Positions 19,922-29,637 of a stretch of 64,000 nt of DNA are shown piece by piece (position 1 is the first letter of the stretch; the number at the start of each line of letters is the position of its first letter). The stretch lies in sequence record DRR378314_1653. One strand, 5' to 3'. Both the position numbers and the translations under genes were made by a program. The notes below the pieces were generated by a model that searched no databases, was not told the origin of the DNA, and saw nothing but the letters and a program-made list of their open reading frames with translations.

Positions 19922-21334
19922 ATGACCGAGCTGTTTAACGAGAATAACAAGAGCGGCCTGACCAGGGACCTGATCGAAGCCCTGTTTCCCATGTTTGAGG
20001 AAGCCAGCGCCGGGGCCATTGCCGTTGACCATAAAAGCCGCATTACCTGGATCAACAGCAGCTATTCCCACCTGCTGGGGCTGGGCGACCCGACAGCGGT
20101 TATCGGTAAACCGGTCCGTCAGGTGATTCCCCAGAGCCGCATGCCAGAAGTGGTTGAGACCGGCAAGCCCCTACTGCTCGACATCATGGAGCACAACAAG
20201 CAACAACTGGTGGTAACCCGCCTGCCGTTCTACGACGACGAGGGCCGAATCATGGGTGCGGTGGCGTTTGTTCTTTACGATGACCTGCAACCGCTCACGC
20301 CGCTGGTGGCCAAGTACCGTCGCCTGCATCAGGATCTGGCGGCGGCCCGCAAGGCACTCGCGAAGAAGGCGCGTGGCACCCGCTACAACCTTGCCGATTT
20401 CGTCGGCGCCAGCCCCGCGGCGCTGGAGGTAAAGCGCCGGGCCCGATTGGCGGCCGGTCGCGACATGCCGGTGCTGTTGCTGGGTGAAACCGGTACGGGT
20501 AAAGAGGTACTGGCCCAGGCCATCCATTCCGTGTCCACTCGTGCGGAGAAGCCTTTCGTGGGTGTGAACGTGGCCGCCATCCCGGACAACCTGCTGGAAG
20601 CGGAATTTTTTGGCGTGGCGCCCGGAGCGTACACCGGGGCTGATCGCCGTACCCGTGACGGTAAATTCCAGTTGGCCAACGGCGGCACCCTGTTCCTGGA
20701 TGAAGTTGGGGATATGCCGTTGCCGTTGCAGGCGAAACTTTTGCGAGCCCTGCAGGAGGGCGAGATCGAGCCCCTGGGTTCCAACAAGGTGGCTGCGGTG
20801 GATGTGCGAGTCATTGCCGCCACCAGCCGAAACCTGGAAGCCATGATCGCCGAGGGGGAGTTCCGCTCGGACCTGTATTACCGGTTGAACGTGCTTGAAA
20901 TCCCAATCCCTCCCCTGCGGGACCGTCTGGCGGATCTGGGCGTGCTGTGCGAGGCCCTGTTGGGCGAAATCTGCGACGGCCTGGAAATCCGGGGGGAAAT
21001 CACTGACGCCGGTGTGGCCGCCCTGGGCGGCTACGACTGGCCCGGCAATATCCGCGAGCTGCGTAACGTTCTGGAACGGGCGCTCACCATGGGTGAGGAT
21101 GGTGGGTTGCTGGATGCCGACGCCATTTTCAAGGTACTGCCCCGCAATGGGAACCGACCAACCTCTTCTCTGGTGCCGCAGCCGGTACGCCCCCTGGCCA
21201 AAACCCTGGCCGATGCTGAAGCCCAGGCCATCGAGGAGGCCTTGGTTGCCAGCCGTGGCAATCGCACGCGTGCCGCCAAACTGCTGGGAATTTCCCGCTC
21301 CGTGCTTTACGAAAAACTGGCAAAAATGTCCTGA
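19922..21334 (+). CDS. Sigma-54-dependent transcriptional activator (PAS-AAA+-Fis HTH); start uncertain (19889 possible)
   Basis: GETGTGKE, GAYTGA, LFLDEVG and WPGNIREL motifs; C-terminal HTH. Confidence 0.93.
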   Translation: MTELFNENNKSGLTRDLIEALFPMFEEASAGAIAVDHKSRITWINSSYSHLLGLGDPTAVIGKPVRQVIPQSRMPEVVETGKPLLLDIMEHNKQQLVVTRLPFYDDEGRIMGAVAFVLYDDLQPLTPLVAKYRRLHQDLAAARKALAKKARGTRYNLADFVGASPAALEVKRRARLAAGRDMPVLLLGETGTGKEVLAQAIHSVSTRAEKPFVGVNVAAIPDNLLEAEFFGVAPGAYTGADRRTRDGKFQLANGGTLFLDEVGDMPLPLQAKLLRALQEGEIEPLGSNKVAAVDVRVIAATSRNLEAMIAEGEFRSDLYYRLNVLEIPIPPLRDRLADLGVLCEALLGEICDGLEIRGEITDAGVAALGGYDWPGNIRELRNVLERALTMGEDGGLLDADAIFKVLPRNGNRPTSSLVPQPVRPLAKTLADAEAQAIEEALVASRGNRTRAAKLLGISRSVLYEKLAKMS

Positions 21335-21407
21335 AATCAGGACGCCTGTCCCGATATCCGTACAAACCCCTACGACTGATGTCTACATACGTCCGGATTT
21401 CCGGACT
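21327..21407. promoter_or_regulatory. Second set of three 18-bp UAS palindromes
   Basis: TGTCCTGAAATCAGGACG 21327-21344; TGTCCCGATATCCGTACA 21347-21364; CGTCCGGATTTCCGGACT 21390-21407. Confidence 0.78.
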
Positions 21408-21470
21408 GTTTCTTTCGGCCGGTGTTCTTTGTTATTTCTAGGTATTTGAAAAATATAATAATATTCCGGT

Positions 21471-21486
21471 TGGCACAGTGTCTGCT
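21471..21486 (+). promoter_or_regulatory. Sigma-54 (-24/-12) promoter of the TRAP operon
   Basis: TGGCACAGTGTCTGCT, i.e. GG-N10-GC, after an AT-rich tract. Confidence 0.82.
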
Positions 21487-21656
21487 ATATCCCGTTTGCA
21501 GGACGTCAGAACAACGTAGAAAACAAGACTGACGCTATCGTTGGACCCAAAACACATCTTGTCTGTCTCGTTTCCTGCGATGTCTGACTACACTCAGATA
21601 AGGCCCAGGCGATCCGCGCCAGGCCAGATACAATAACAATGCTAGGAGACTTGCCA

Positions 21657-22709
21657 ATGAAACTTCTCAAGGCTCTCACCGGTGTGGCCGGTGCGATCGC
21701 TCTCACCACGGGCTCCGCGTTTGCAGATGACCTGCGCTGGAAAATGCCCGTTGCCTTCGCTACCAACCTTCCGGGCCTCGGTTCTCCCGCTGCCTGGGTT
21801 GCAGACAACCTCACAACCGCTTCCGGTGGCAGCATCCAGGTTCGTGTCTATGAGCCCGGCAAGCTGGTTCCGCCGTTCGATATCCTGCAATCAGTCTCAG
21901 ACGGCAAGGTATCGGCTGGTTACACCTGGATCGGCTATGACCAAGGTAAAGTGCCGGCCATTCCCCTGTTCGCCGCTGTACCCTTCGGCATGAAGCCACC
22001 GGCCTACATAGGCTGGTATTACTATGGTGGCGGCCATGAAATGCTGCAGGAAACCTACGCCAACAAAGGCTTCGATGTGCACGCGCAGTTGTGCGGCATT
22101 ATCGGGCCCGAAACAGCTGGCTGGTATTCCAAGCCAATCAAAACACTGGAAGACTACAAAGGCCTGAAGATTCGCTTTGCCGGTCTGGGTGGCAAGGTTC
22201 TCGAAAAGCTGGGTGCTTCCGTCACCATGATGCCCGGTGGTGAGCTTTATCAGGCGCTGGAAAAAGGCACCATTGATGCCACTGAATTCTCCATGCCTGC
22301 CATCGACCAGATCCTTGGCTTCAACCAGGTGGTCAAGTACAACCTGTTCCCAGGCTGGCATCAACAGTTCACGGCCCAGTACATGCTGATCAACAAGGCT
22401 GAGTGGAATCGTACCACTGACGCCCAGAAAGCGCTGGTTGAAGCTTCCTGTACCGCCGCGACCACGCGTGGTCTGGCTGAAGGCGAGTACAAGAACGGTA
22501 AGGTTCTGGCTGAGTTCCAGGACAAAGGCGTTCAGGCCGACCAGATTCCCCGCGATGTCCTGCTCAAGCTGAGAGATGTGACCCAGGAAGTACTTGAAGA
22601 AGAAGCGTCCAAGGATGCCGACTTCAAGCGAGTCTATGAAAGCCAGCAGGAGTTCATGGAATCCTACAAGGTGTGGGATACCCGTGCCTATGTTCCGGCG
22701 GACCTTTAA
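21657..22709 (+). CDS. dctP: TRAP transporter substrate-binding protein (TakP-like)
   Basis: Signal peptide; GLKIRFAGLG and ELYQALEKGTIDATEF motifs. Confidence 0.92.
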   Translation: MKLLKALTGVAGAIALTTGSAFADDLRWKMPVAFATNLPGLGSPAAWVADNLTTASGGSIQVRVYEPGKLVPPFDILQSVSDGKVSAGYTWIGYDQGKVPAIPLFAAVPFGMKPPAYIGWYYYGGGHEMLQETYANKGFDVHAQLCGIIGPETAGWYSKPIKTLEDYKGLKIRFAGLGGKVLEKLGASVTMMPGGELYQALEKGTIDATEFSMPAIDQILGFNQVVKYNLFPGWHQQFTAQYMLINKAEWNRTTDAQKALVEASCTAATTRGLAEGEYKNGKVLAEFQDKGVQADQIPRDVLLKLRDVTQEVLEEEASKDADFKRVYESQQEFMESYKVWDTRAYVPADL

Positions 22710-22765
22710 GGTTCGGGGCTGACACTGGGCACCGGACGCAATTCCGGTGCTCTCTGATATAGTCT

Positions 22766-22793
22766 GGATGGCCCTGCGGGGCCATCCTTGTTT
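22766..22793 (+). terminator. Intercistronic hairpin or weak terminator after dctP
   Basis: GGATGGCCC-TGCG-GGGCCATCC-TTGTTT; a second hairpin lies at 22728-22750. Confidence 0.55.
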
Positions 22794-22825
22794 CATGGCA
22801 GGCTTTCTGAACGAGGAACTGTTGT

Positions 22826-23464
22826 ATGGCAGTGTCTGATAAAGGCTCACCGCCCGATGTGCGCGCATCGGCGTCGGACGCCGGTCAATTTATTCATCAT
22901 CACACCGAGTTTCCGACCACCCGGCTCAGCCAGGTTATGGACGGTGTCATTTCTGCAATAGGCAAGAGTGCTTCCTGGCTCTGGATTGTGGTCACTGGCG
23001 TGATCATCTATGCAGTGGTCGGTCGCTATGCCTTTGGCCAGGGTTCGGTCACTCTGGAAGAAGTGCAGTGGCACCTGGCCGGAGCAGGCTGGCTATTGGG
23101 ATTGGGTTATACGCTGGTGACCGATGACCATGTCAGGGTGGATGTTATCCATGAACGCCTGTCGCTCAACGGCCAGGCCTGGGTTGAACTGCTTGGTCTG
23201 GTGTTCCTGTTGTTGCCGTTTCTCGGCTTGGCGGTTTACGAAATGATCCCCTATGCCTTTAGCTCGTGGGAACAGGGCGAGACCAGCCAGGCACCCGCCG
23301 GGCTTCCTTATCGCTGGATTCTCAAGGGCATTCTGGCACTGTCTTTTGTGCTCCTGATGACAGCTGCGCTGTCCCGTTTGCTGAAAGTCACAGCCCTGCT
23401 TTTCGGCTTTCCGAAGCCAATCCGGATCGAGTCCGGGGATAACAAGAAAGAGGACGCGTCCTGA
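22826..23464 (+). CDS. dctQ: TRAP transporter small permease
   Basis: EEVQWHL and HVRVDV motifs; 4 TM helices. Confidence 0.9.
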   Translation: MAVSDKGSPPDVRASASDAGQFIHHHTEFPTTRLSQVMDGVISAIGKSASWLWIVVTGVIIYAVVGRYAFGQGSVTLEEVQWHLAGAGWLLGLGYTLVTDDHVRVDVIHERLSLNGQAWVELLGLVFLLLPFLGLAVYEMIPYAFSSWEQGETSQAPAGLPYRWILKGILALSFVLLMTAALSRLLKVTALLFGFPKPIRIESGDNKKEDAS

Positions 23465-24828
23465 TGGAGCTTGAAACCCTATTTGTAATTGGCATGTTCC
23501 TCACGTTTGGGGCATTGCTGATGACCGGTTATCCGGTTGCGTGGGTGTTGGGTGGCACCGCGGTTATCTGGACCGTCATTGGTGTGGTCGCCGTTGAAAA
23601 TTTTGGTGCCAACCTATGGTTTGACTATTCCTCCTCCATGGGGCTCGTACCTGAGCGGATATGGAACGTCGTCAATAGCGAGACCCTTGTGGCTCTGCCC
23701 ATGTTTATCTTCATGGGCATAATGCTTGATCAATCGGGCGTGGCTGAGCGGCTGATGAACAGCATGGTCAAACTGTTTGGCGCCGTCCGCGGCGGCTATG
23801 CGGTAACCGTGATTGTTATCGGCGTACTTTTGGCCGCTACCACCGGTATCATCGGTGCGTCTGTGGTCCTTCTTGGCATGCTGTCCCTGCCCGTGATGAT
23901 GGAGAACAAGTACGACAAAGGGTTTGCCGTGGGCACGGCTTGTGCCACCGGGACTCTGGGTATTCTGATTCCCCCGTCTATCATGCTGGTGCTGATGGCT
24001 GACCGCCTTGCGGTTCCTGAAGCATCAGTAGGCGACCTGTTCATGGGCGCGTTCTTCCCCGGCCTGATGCTGGGCGCCATGTATGTGGCCTACGCTATTA
24101 TCCGTCCCATGCTGCAACCGAATATTGCGCCGGTGCCTGAGGGTACGGAGAAAGTAACCTGGAGCATCGTCTGGGAAGTCGCGAAAGCCGTTGTACCGAC
24201 GGCCGCGTTGATTCTGGGTGTGCTGGGTTCCATCTTTGCCGGCATAGCAACACCAACGGAGGCTTCCGGTGTTGGCGCGCTGGGCGCGCTGCTGCTGGCC
24301 TTGATGTCTGGCCGACTGAACCTGAAAGTGCTCAATTCATCCATGCAGCAGACAACCCGAACGGCTGCGTTCATCTTTGCCATCTTCCTGGGCGCAACCG
24401 CGTTCTCTGTCGTCCTGCGCGGCCTGGGTGGCGATCAGGTGATCGAAGACGCCCTGCTGGGTTTGCCTTTCGGCCCCTACGGCGTGGTGCTCACCATCCT
24501 GTTTGGTGTCTTCCTGCTGGGCTTCTTCCTGGACTGGGTCGAAATCACCCTGATTATCCTGCCGCTGGTGGCCCCGGTCGTGCAACACCTCGGCTTTGAT
24601 CTGGTGTGGTTCACCATCCTGTTCGCCATGTGTTTGCAAACGTCGTTCCTGACGCCGCCGGTTGGCTTCGCACTGTTCTACATCAAGGGTGTCGCGCCGC
24701 CGGAGATCAAGGTAACCGATATCTATCGTGGCGTTATTCCGTTCATCATTATTCAGCTGGCAGCTCTGGCTATTGTGTTCCTGGTCCCGGAAATCGCGAC
24801 CTGGCTGCCGAGCGTGGCTTACGATTAA
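23464..24828 (+). CDS. dctM: TRAP transporter large permease
   Basis: [25 protein letters not shown] and TPPVGFALF motifs. Confidence 0.93.
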   Translation: MELETLFVIGMFLTFGALLMTGYPVAWVLGGTAVIWTVIGVVAVENFGANLWFDYSSSMGLVPERIWNVVNSETLVALPMFIFMGIMLDQSGVAERLMNSMVKLFGAVRGGYAVTVIVIGVLLAATTGIIGASVVLLGMLSLPVMMENKYDKGFAVGTACATGTLGILIPPSIMLVLMADRLAVPEASVGDLFMGAFFPGLMLGAMYVAYAIIRPMLQPNIAPVPEGTEKVTWSIVWEVAKAVVPTAALILGVLGSIFAGIATPTEASGVGALGALLLALMSGRLNLKVLNSSMQQTTRTAAFIFAIFLGATAFSVVLRGLGGDQVIEDALLGLPFGPYGVVLTILFGVFLLGFFLDWVEITLIILPLVAPVVQHLGFDLVWFTILFAMCLQTSFLTPPVGFALFYIKGVAPPEIKVTDIYRGVIPFIIIQLAALAIVFLVPEIATWLPSVAYD

Positions 24829-24841
24829 GGAGAAAACAACA

Positions 24842-25621
24842 ATGCGTCTGGAAAACCGGATTGCCCTGATAACCGGTGCCGGCCGCGGCATCGGTCGGGC
24901 CATCGCCGAACAGTATGGCCGGGAGGGTGCCAGGGTTGCGGTTGCTGACCTGACTCTGGAGAGTGCCCGGGAAGTCGTTGATGCCATCGAAAAGGCCGGC
25001 GGCACCGCCATGGCCCTGGCCATGGATGTCACCGATGAGGTGGCGGTTGACCAGGGGGTTGCCGCCATTGTCGATAAATGGGGCGGCCTGGATATCGCCC
25101 TGGCCAACGCCGGTATCCAGCACATTGACCCGGTCCACAAGCTGGCCTTTGCCGACTGGCGCAAAGTCATGAACGTTCACCTGGATGGGGCATTTCTCGT
25201 TACGCGGGCCGCACTCAGGCACATGTACGCCAGCGGGGGTGGCACGATGCTCTACATGGGCTCGGTCCATTCTCTGGAGGCCTCCCCACTGAAGTCGCCC
25301 TACGTCGCGGCCAAACACGGCATGCTGGGCCTGTGCCGTGCGGTGGCCAAAGAAGGGGCGGAACACGGTGTGCGCAGCAATATCATCTGCCCCGGCTTTG
25401 TCCGCACGCCGCTGGTGGACAAGCAGATTCCCGAACAGTCGAAGGAACTGGGCATTTCCGAGGAGGAGGTGATCAGTAAGGTCATGCTGAAAAACACGGT
25501 GGATGGGAAATTCACCACTCTGGAAGACGTTGCCGAGCTGGCGGTGCATCTGGCGGCTTTTCCATCGGCGGCACTGACCGGCCAGTCCATCGTGGTCAGT
25601 CACGGCTGGCATATGCAGTAA
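24842..25621 (+). CDS. bdhA: 3-hydroxybutyrate dehydrogenase (SDR)
   Basis: [25 protein letters not shown] and [14 protein letters not shown] motifs; AAGGAG RBS. Confidence 0.92.
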   Translation: MRLENRIALITGAGRGIGRAIAEQYGREGARVAVADLTLESAREVVDAIEKAGGTAMALAMDVTDEVAVDQGVAAIVDKWGGLDIALANAGIQHIDPVHKLAFADWRKVMNVHLDGAFLVTRAALRHMYASGGGTMLYMGSVHSLEASPLKSPYVAAKHGMLGLCRAVAKEGAEHGVRSNIICPGFVRTPLVDKQIPEQSKELGISEEEVISKVMLKNTVDGKFTTLEDVAELAVHLAAFPSAALTGQSIVVSHGWHMQ

Positions 25622-25637
25622 GCAACAGGAGAGACGG

Positions 25638-27632
25638 ATGAGCAATACAGAACAATCCCCAGTGGTCTGGTCTCCCTCGGAAGACACACTGACACATTGC
25701 CAGATGGGCCAGTTCCAGGGCTGGCTGGAGCAGCAGGGTTTTGGGCCGTTTTCGGATTATCATGCCCTGCACCAGTGGTCGATTGAGAACCTTGAGACCT
25801 TCTGGCAGAAAGTGTGGGACTACTGCGGCCTGGTATGCGACACCCCGGCGGACGCTGTCCTTGGCAAGCGTGATATGCCCGGGGCGGAATGGTTCCCGGG
25901 TATGAAACTCAATTTTGCCGCTAACCTGTTGCGTCTGGCGGGCGGAGAGCATGCCGACCGCGAAGCGGTGGTGGCCTACTGTGAAACCCGCCCGGTACTG
26001 CGCCGCACCTACGCCCAGTTGAAAGCCGATACCGGCGCGCTGGAAGCTTTCCTCCGTGGCAAGGGCATTCAACAGGGGGATCGCGTGGCCGGTGTGGTCA
26101 CTAACGGCTACGAAGCGCTGGTAGGCATGCTGGCGGCCACCAGCATGGGCGCTATCTGGAGTTCCGCTTCACCTGATTTCGGCGTGGGGGCCATCCTCGA
26201 TCGCTTCGGCCAGATTGAGCCGGCAGCACTGGTTGTGGTCAACGGCTACGGCTATGGCGGCAAGGTCTTCAATCGCCAGAACGAGTTTGCGGGCCTGATT
26301 GATGGCCTGCCCACCCTGCGCTGCGTGGTCAGCATCGAACAACTGCCGGGTGAGCCCGCCGTTGCCGGCGACAAGGTCACCCACTGGGACGATGCCCTTG
26401 CCTCAGGCCAGGGCCAGGCGCCCTCCTTCACGCCGCTGCCTCCGGAACATCCGGTGTATATCCTCTATTCCTCCGGCACCACCGGTAAACCCAAGTGCAT
26501 CGTGCACGGCAATGCCGGCCTGCTGGTCAACCACGCCAAGGAACTGATGCTCCACGGTGATGTCGGCCCGGACGACCGCTTCCTCTATTTCACAACCTGT
26601 GGCTGGATGATGTGGAACTGGCAGGCGTCCGCCCTGCTGACCGGCGCGGCCGTCATTACCGTCGACGGTTCCCCCGGCTACCCGGACCTGAACTACCTGT
26701 GGCAGGTCGTCGCGGATGAAAAGGTCACTCACTATGGCACCAGTGCCCGGTTTATTGCCGGCTGCCGCAAGGCCGAACTGGCGCCGGCGAAAACCCTGGA
26801 CCTGGCCGCCCTCAGGGTGGTCTTCTCTACCGGCTCGCCGTTGCTGCCGGAAGACTATGACTGGGTCTACAGTGACGGTGCGCCCAACGTCCTGCTCGGC
26901 TCCATCGCCGGCGGTACTGATATCTGCGGCTGCTTCGTTGGTTCCACCCCACTGCTGCCCGTGCGCCGTGGTGAAATCCAGTGCCGCTTCCTCGGTGTTG
27001 ACGCCGTGGCCTTCGGCGACAACGGCCAGACCGTCAGTGGCGACCGTGGTGAGCTGGTCTGCAGGCAGCCGCTGCCCTCCATGCCGGTCTCCTTCTGGGA
27101 CGACCCTGGCGACGAACGCTATAAAGACGCTTACTTCAACACCTTCCCCGGTGTCTGGGCTCACGGCGACTTCATTGAGTTCACCGAACACGGTGGCGCC
27201 GTTATCTACGGCCGCTCAGACGCCACCCTGAACCCAGGTGGCGTGAGAATCGGCACGGCTGAAATCTACCGCCAGGTAGAAACCGTGGCCGAGGTCAAAG
27301 ACAGTCTTGTGGTTGGCCGACAGATTGACGGCGACGTGGAGGTGGTCCTGCTGGTGGTTCCGGCGGAGGGAGGAACCCTCACCGAGGACTTGCAGAAAAC
27401 CCTCAAAACCCGAATCCGCCAGGGCGCCAGCCCCCGCCATGTGCCCAAGCACATCGTTCAGGTGCCGGATATTCCCTACACCCGCAGTGGCAAGAAGGTG
27501 GAGTTGGCAGTGGCACGGTTGATCAACGGCTCTGCCAAGGCGGACAACCGGGATGCGCTGGCCAATCCAGAGGCCCTGGATCAGATCCGCGATCGCTGCC
27601 AGGCGGCGGGGCTGATCAACGGAGCCGCCTGA
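25638..27632 (+). CDS. Acetoacetate--CoA ligase
   Basis: YSSGTTGKPKCIVH, FTTCGWMMWNW, GGTDIC and GRSDATLNPGGVRIGTAEIY motifs. Confidence 0.94.
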   Translation: MSNTEQSPVVWSPSEDTLTHCQMGQFQGWLEQQGFGPFSDYHALHQWSIENLETFWQKVWDYCGLVCDTPADAVLGKRDMPGAEWFPGMKLNFAANLLRLAGGEHADREAVVAYCETRPVLRRTYAQLKADTGALEAFLRGKGIQQGDRVAGVVTNGYEALVGMLAATSMGAIWSSASPDFGVGAILDRFGQIEPAALVVVNGYGYGGKVFNRQNEFAGLIDGLPTLRCVVSIEQLPGEPAVAGDKVTHWDDALASGQGQAPSFTPLPPEHPVYILYSSGTTGKPKCIVHGNAGLLVNHAKELMLHGDVGPDDRFLYFTTCGWMMWNWQASALLTGAAVITVDGSPGYPDLNYLWQVVADEKVTHYGTSARFIAGCRKAELAPAKTLDLAALRVVFSTGSPLLPEDYDWVYSDGAPNVLLGSIAGGTDICGCFVGSTPLLPVRRGEIQCRFLGVDAVAFGDNGQTVSGDRGELVCRQPLPSMPVSFWDDPGDERYKDAYFNTFPGVWAHGDFIEFTEHGGAVIYGRSDATLNPGGVRIGTAEIYRQVETVAEVKDSLVVGRQIDGDVEVVLLVVPAEGGTLTEDLQKTLKTRIRQGASPRHVPKHIVQVPDIPYTRSGKKVELAVARLINGSAKADNRDALANPEALDQIRDRCQAAGLINGAA

Positions 27633-27721
27633 GCCGACGAGTCATTGCCAACGGTCACTGGTTCTGCAAGTCTTTGATCCTGTGTAACCGCAAACAGGCA
27701 GGGAGAAGATGAGGTGAGCCA

Positions 27722-29269
27722 GTGACACTCGTCCGGTACGGCAATGCCCTTGTGGGGTTGATCGCAGCCCTGCTGCTGGCGGGTTGCAGCCTGCCGGTCG
27801 TGAATCATGGCAGTCCCTTCCAGGGGCTGCCGGAAGAACAGGCCCGTGAGACTCTGATTGGCCGCTCAACGGCCTCCCTGCAGGCACAGTACCCCGGCGA
27901 GACCGGGGTCCATGCCCTTTCCGAACCACTTGATGCCTTTGCCAGCCGCGTCCTGCTGACGCGCGCCGCCGAACGCACGCTGGATGTCCAGTACTACATC
28001 TGGCAGCAGGACATCACCGGTCTGCTGTTGCTGGGCGAATTGCTGGACGCGGCCGACCGGGGTGTGCGCGTGCGGCTGCTGCTGGATGACAACGGTATTG
28101 GCGGTCTGGATCTTCCCCTGGCAGCCATGGACAGCCACCCGCACATCCACGTTCGCCTGTTCAATCCCTTCGTTCTCCGTGGCGCCAAGTGGCTTGGTTT
28201 TGTAACGGATTTCAGTCGCGTTAATCGCCGCATGCACAATAAATCCATGACCGCGGACAATACCCTCACGGTCGTGGGCGGCCGCAACATTGGTGACGAA
28301 TATTTCGGGGCCACACCGGGCGCCCTGTTCGTGGATCTGGACCTTCTGGCCATAGGCCCCACCGTGCCGGCCGTAACAGAGCAGTTTGATCATTACTGGA
28401 CCAGCGGCTCGGCTTACCCTATCCAGGCGCTGGTGGACCCGGTTGGCTCTCAGGAGCGACGTGAACTCCGTGAGCGGATCCGGGCCGCTGCGGGGCAGCC
28501 AGAGGCCCGACGGTATGCTGAGGCTGTGAGAGACAGTCCCTTCGTTGGTTTACTGCTGGAGCGGGAACTGGAACTGGCGTGGTCTCCGGCAAGGCTGGTG
28601 AGTGATGATCCCGCCAAGGTTCTTGGAGAACTGGACGATAGCCAGTTAATGGTGAGTGACCTGGCCCGGGAGATGGGGCCGCCGCAACGGTCTCTTGACC
28701 TGGTATCGCCCTATTTCGTGCCCACCGACGAGGGTGTGGCCCTATTCGAGCAAATGGAAAATCGCGGTGTTGACGTGCGCATCCTCACCAACTCCGCCGC
28801 CGCCACCGATGTTCTCGCGGTGCACAGCGGCTATGCCCGGCATCGCAAGGAACTGCTGCACGCCGGCGTTGAACTCTATGAAATGAAAGCCGTGGGCAAT
28901 GACAATCGCAAACACGCCAGTGGGGGTGCCGGTTTCAGCCTGAACAGCTCCTCCAGCCTGCACGCGAAGACCTTTGCCATGGATGGTGACCGGGTGTTTG
29001 TCGGGTCCTTCAATTTCGATCCGCGCTCGGCAAAGCTCAATACCGAAATGGGCCTGATCCTGGAAAGCCCGGAGCTGGCCGGTCAGCTTGTCAGTGCCTT
29101 CGGGCCGGACCTGAACCGTCTCGCCTATCGGGTTGAGTTGAACGATGAGGCTGACCTGATCTGGAAGGATGGCGCCGACGACATACTCACCGACGAACCC
29201 GGCACCAGCGCCTTTGAACGGGGTATGCTCTGGTTCTTTTCGTTGCTGCCTATAGAGGGCCTTTTGTAG
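27722..29269 (+). CDS. Phospholipase D family protein (ClsC/YmdC-like), probable lipoprotein
   Basis: Two HKD motifs (HNKSMTAD, HAKTFAMD); lipobox LAGC. Confidence 0.9.
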   Translation: MTLVRYGNALVGLIAALLLAGCSLPVVNHGSPFQGLPEEQARETLIGRSTASLQAQYPGETGVHALSEPLDAFASRVLLTRAAERTLDVQYYIWQQDITGLLLLGELLDAADRGVRVRLLLDDNGIGGLDLPLAAMDSHPHIHVRLFNPFVLRGAKWLGFVTDFSRVNRRMHNKSMTADNTLTVVGGRNIGDEYFGATPGALFVDLDLLAIGPTVPAVTEQFDHYWTSGSAYPIQALVDPVGSQERRELRERIRAAAGQPEARRYAEAVRDSPFVGLLLERELELAWSPARLVSDDPAKVLGELDDSQLMVSDLAREMGPPQRSLDLVSPYFVPTDEGVALFEQMENRGVDVRILTNSAAATDVLAVHSGYARHRKELLHAGVELYEMKAVGNDNRKHASGGAGFSLNSSSSLHAKTFAMDGDRVFVGSFNFDPRSAKLNTEMGLILESPELAGQLVSAFGPDLNRLAYRVELNDEADLIWKDGADDILTDEPGTSAFERGMLWFFSLLPIEGLL

Positions 29270-29637
29270 TTCCACCTGCATTATACAAATCCCACGATTG
29301 TCACTGGCGTAATCCGGAATGATTACTAGACTTAATTGAGCACCGAAAGCGTGTAGAGGTCTATGCAGGGAGGCACACGGTCATGAACACCCGCACTGCT
29401 GCGGTATGTCGCTCCTACCAGCCAGAATCCTGCAATAGCCTTGGTGAGAATGGCGTCCACCAATGTCGCCACAACGCCATTTTCGCAACTCAAGTGATAC
29501 ACCGAATACTCTGTTAAGGAGGGACGAACACCGCACTACGCAATCTTATTGTGAAAGCTCATAACCTGATTGGGTGTCCAAAGGGTATGGCAGTAGGGAA
29601 GTTGCCCCGGGCCTGAATAATTTTGGAGATCCCTGAA

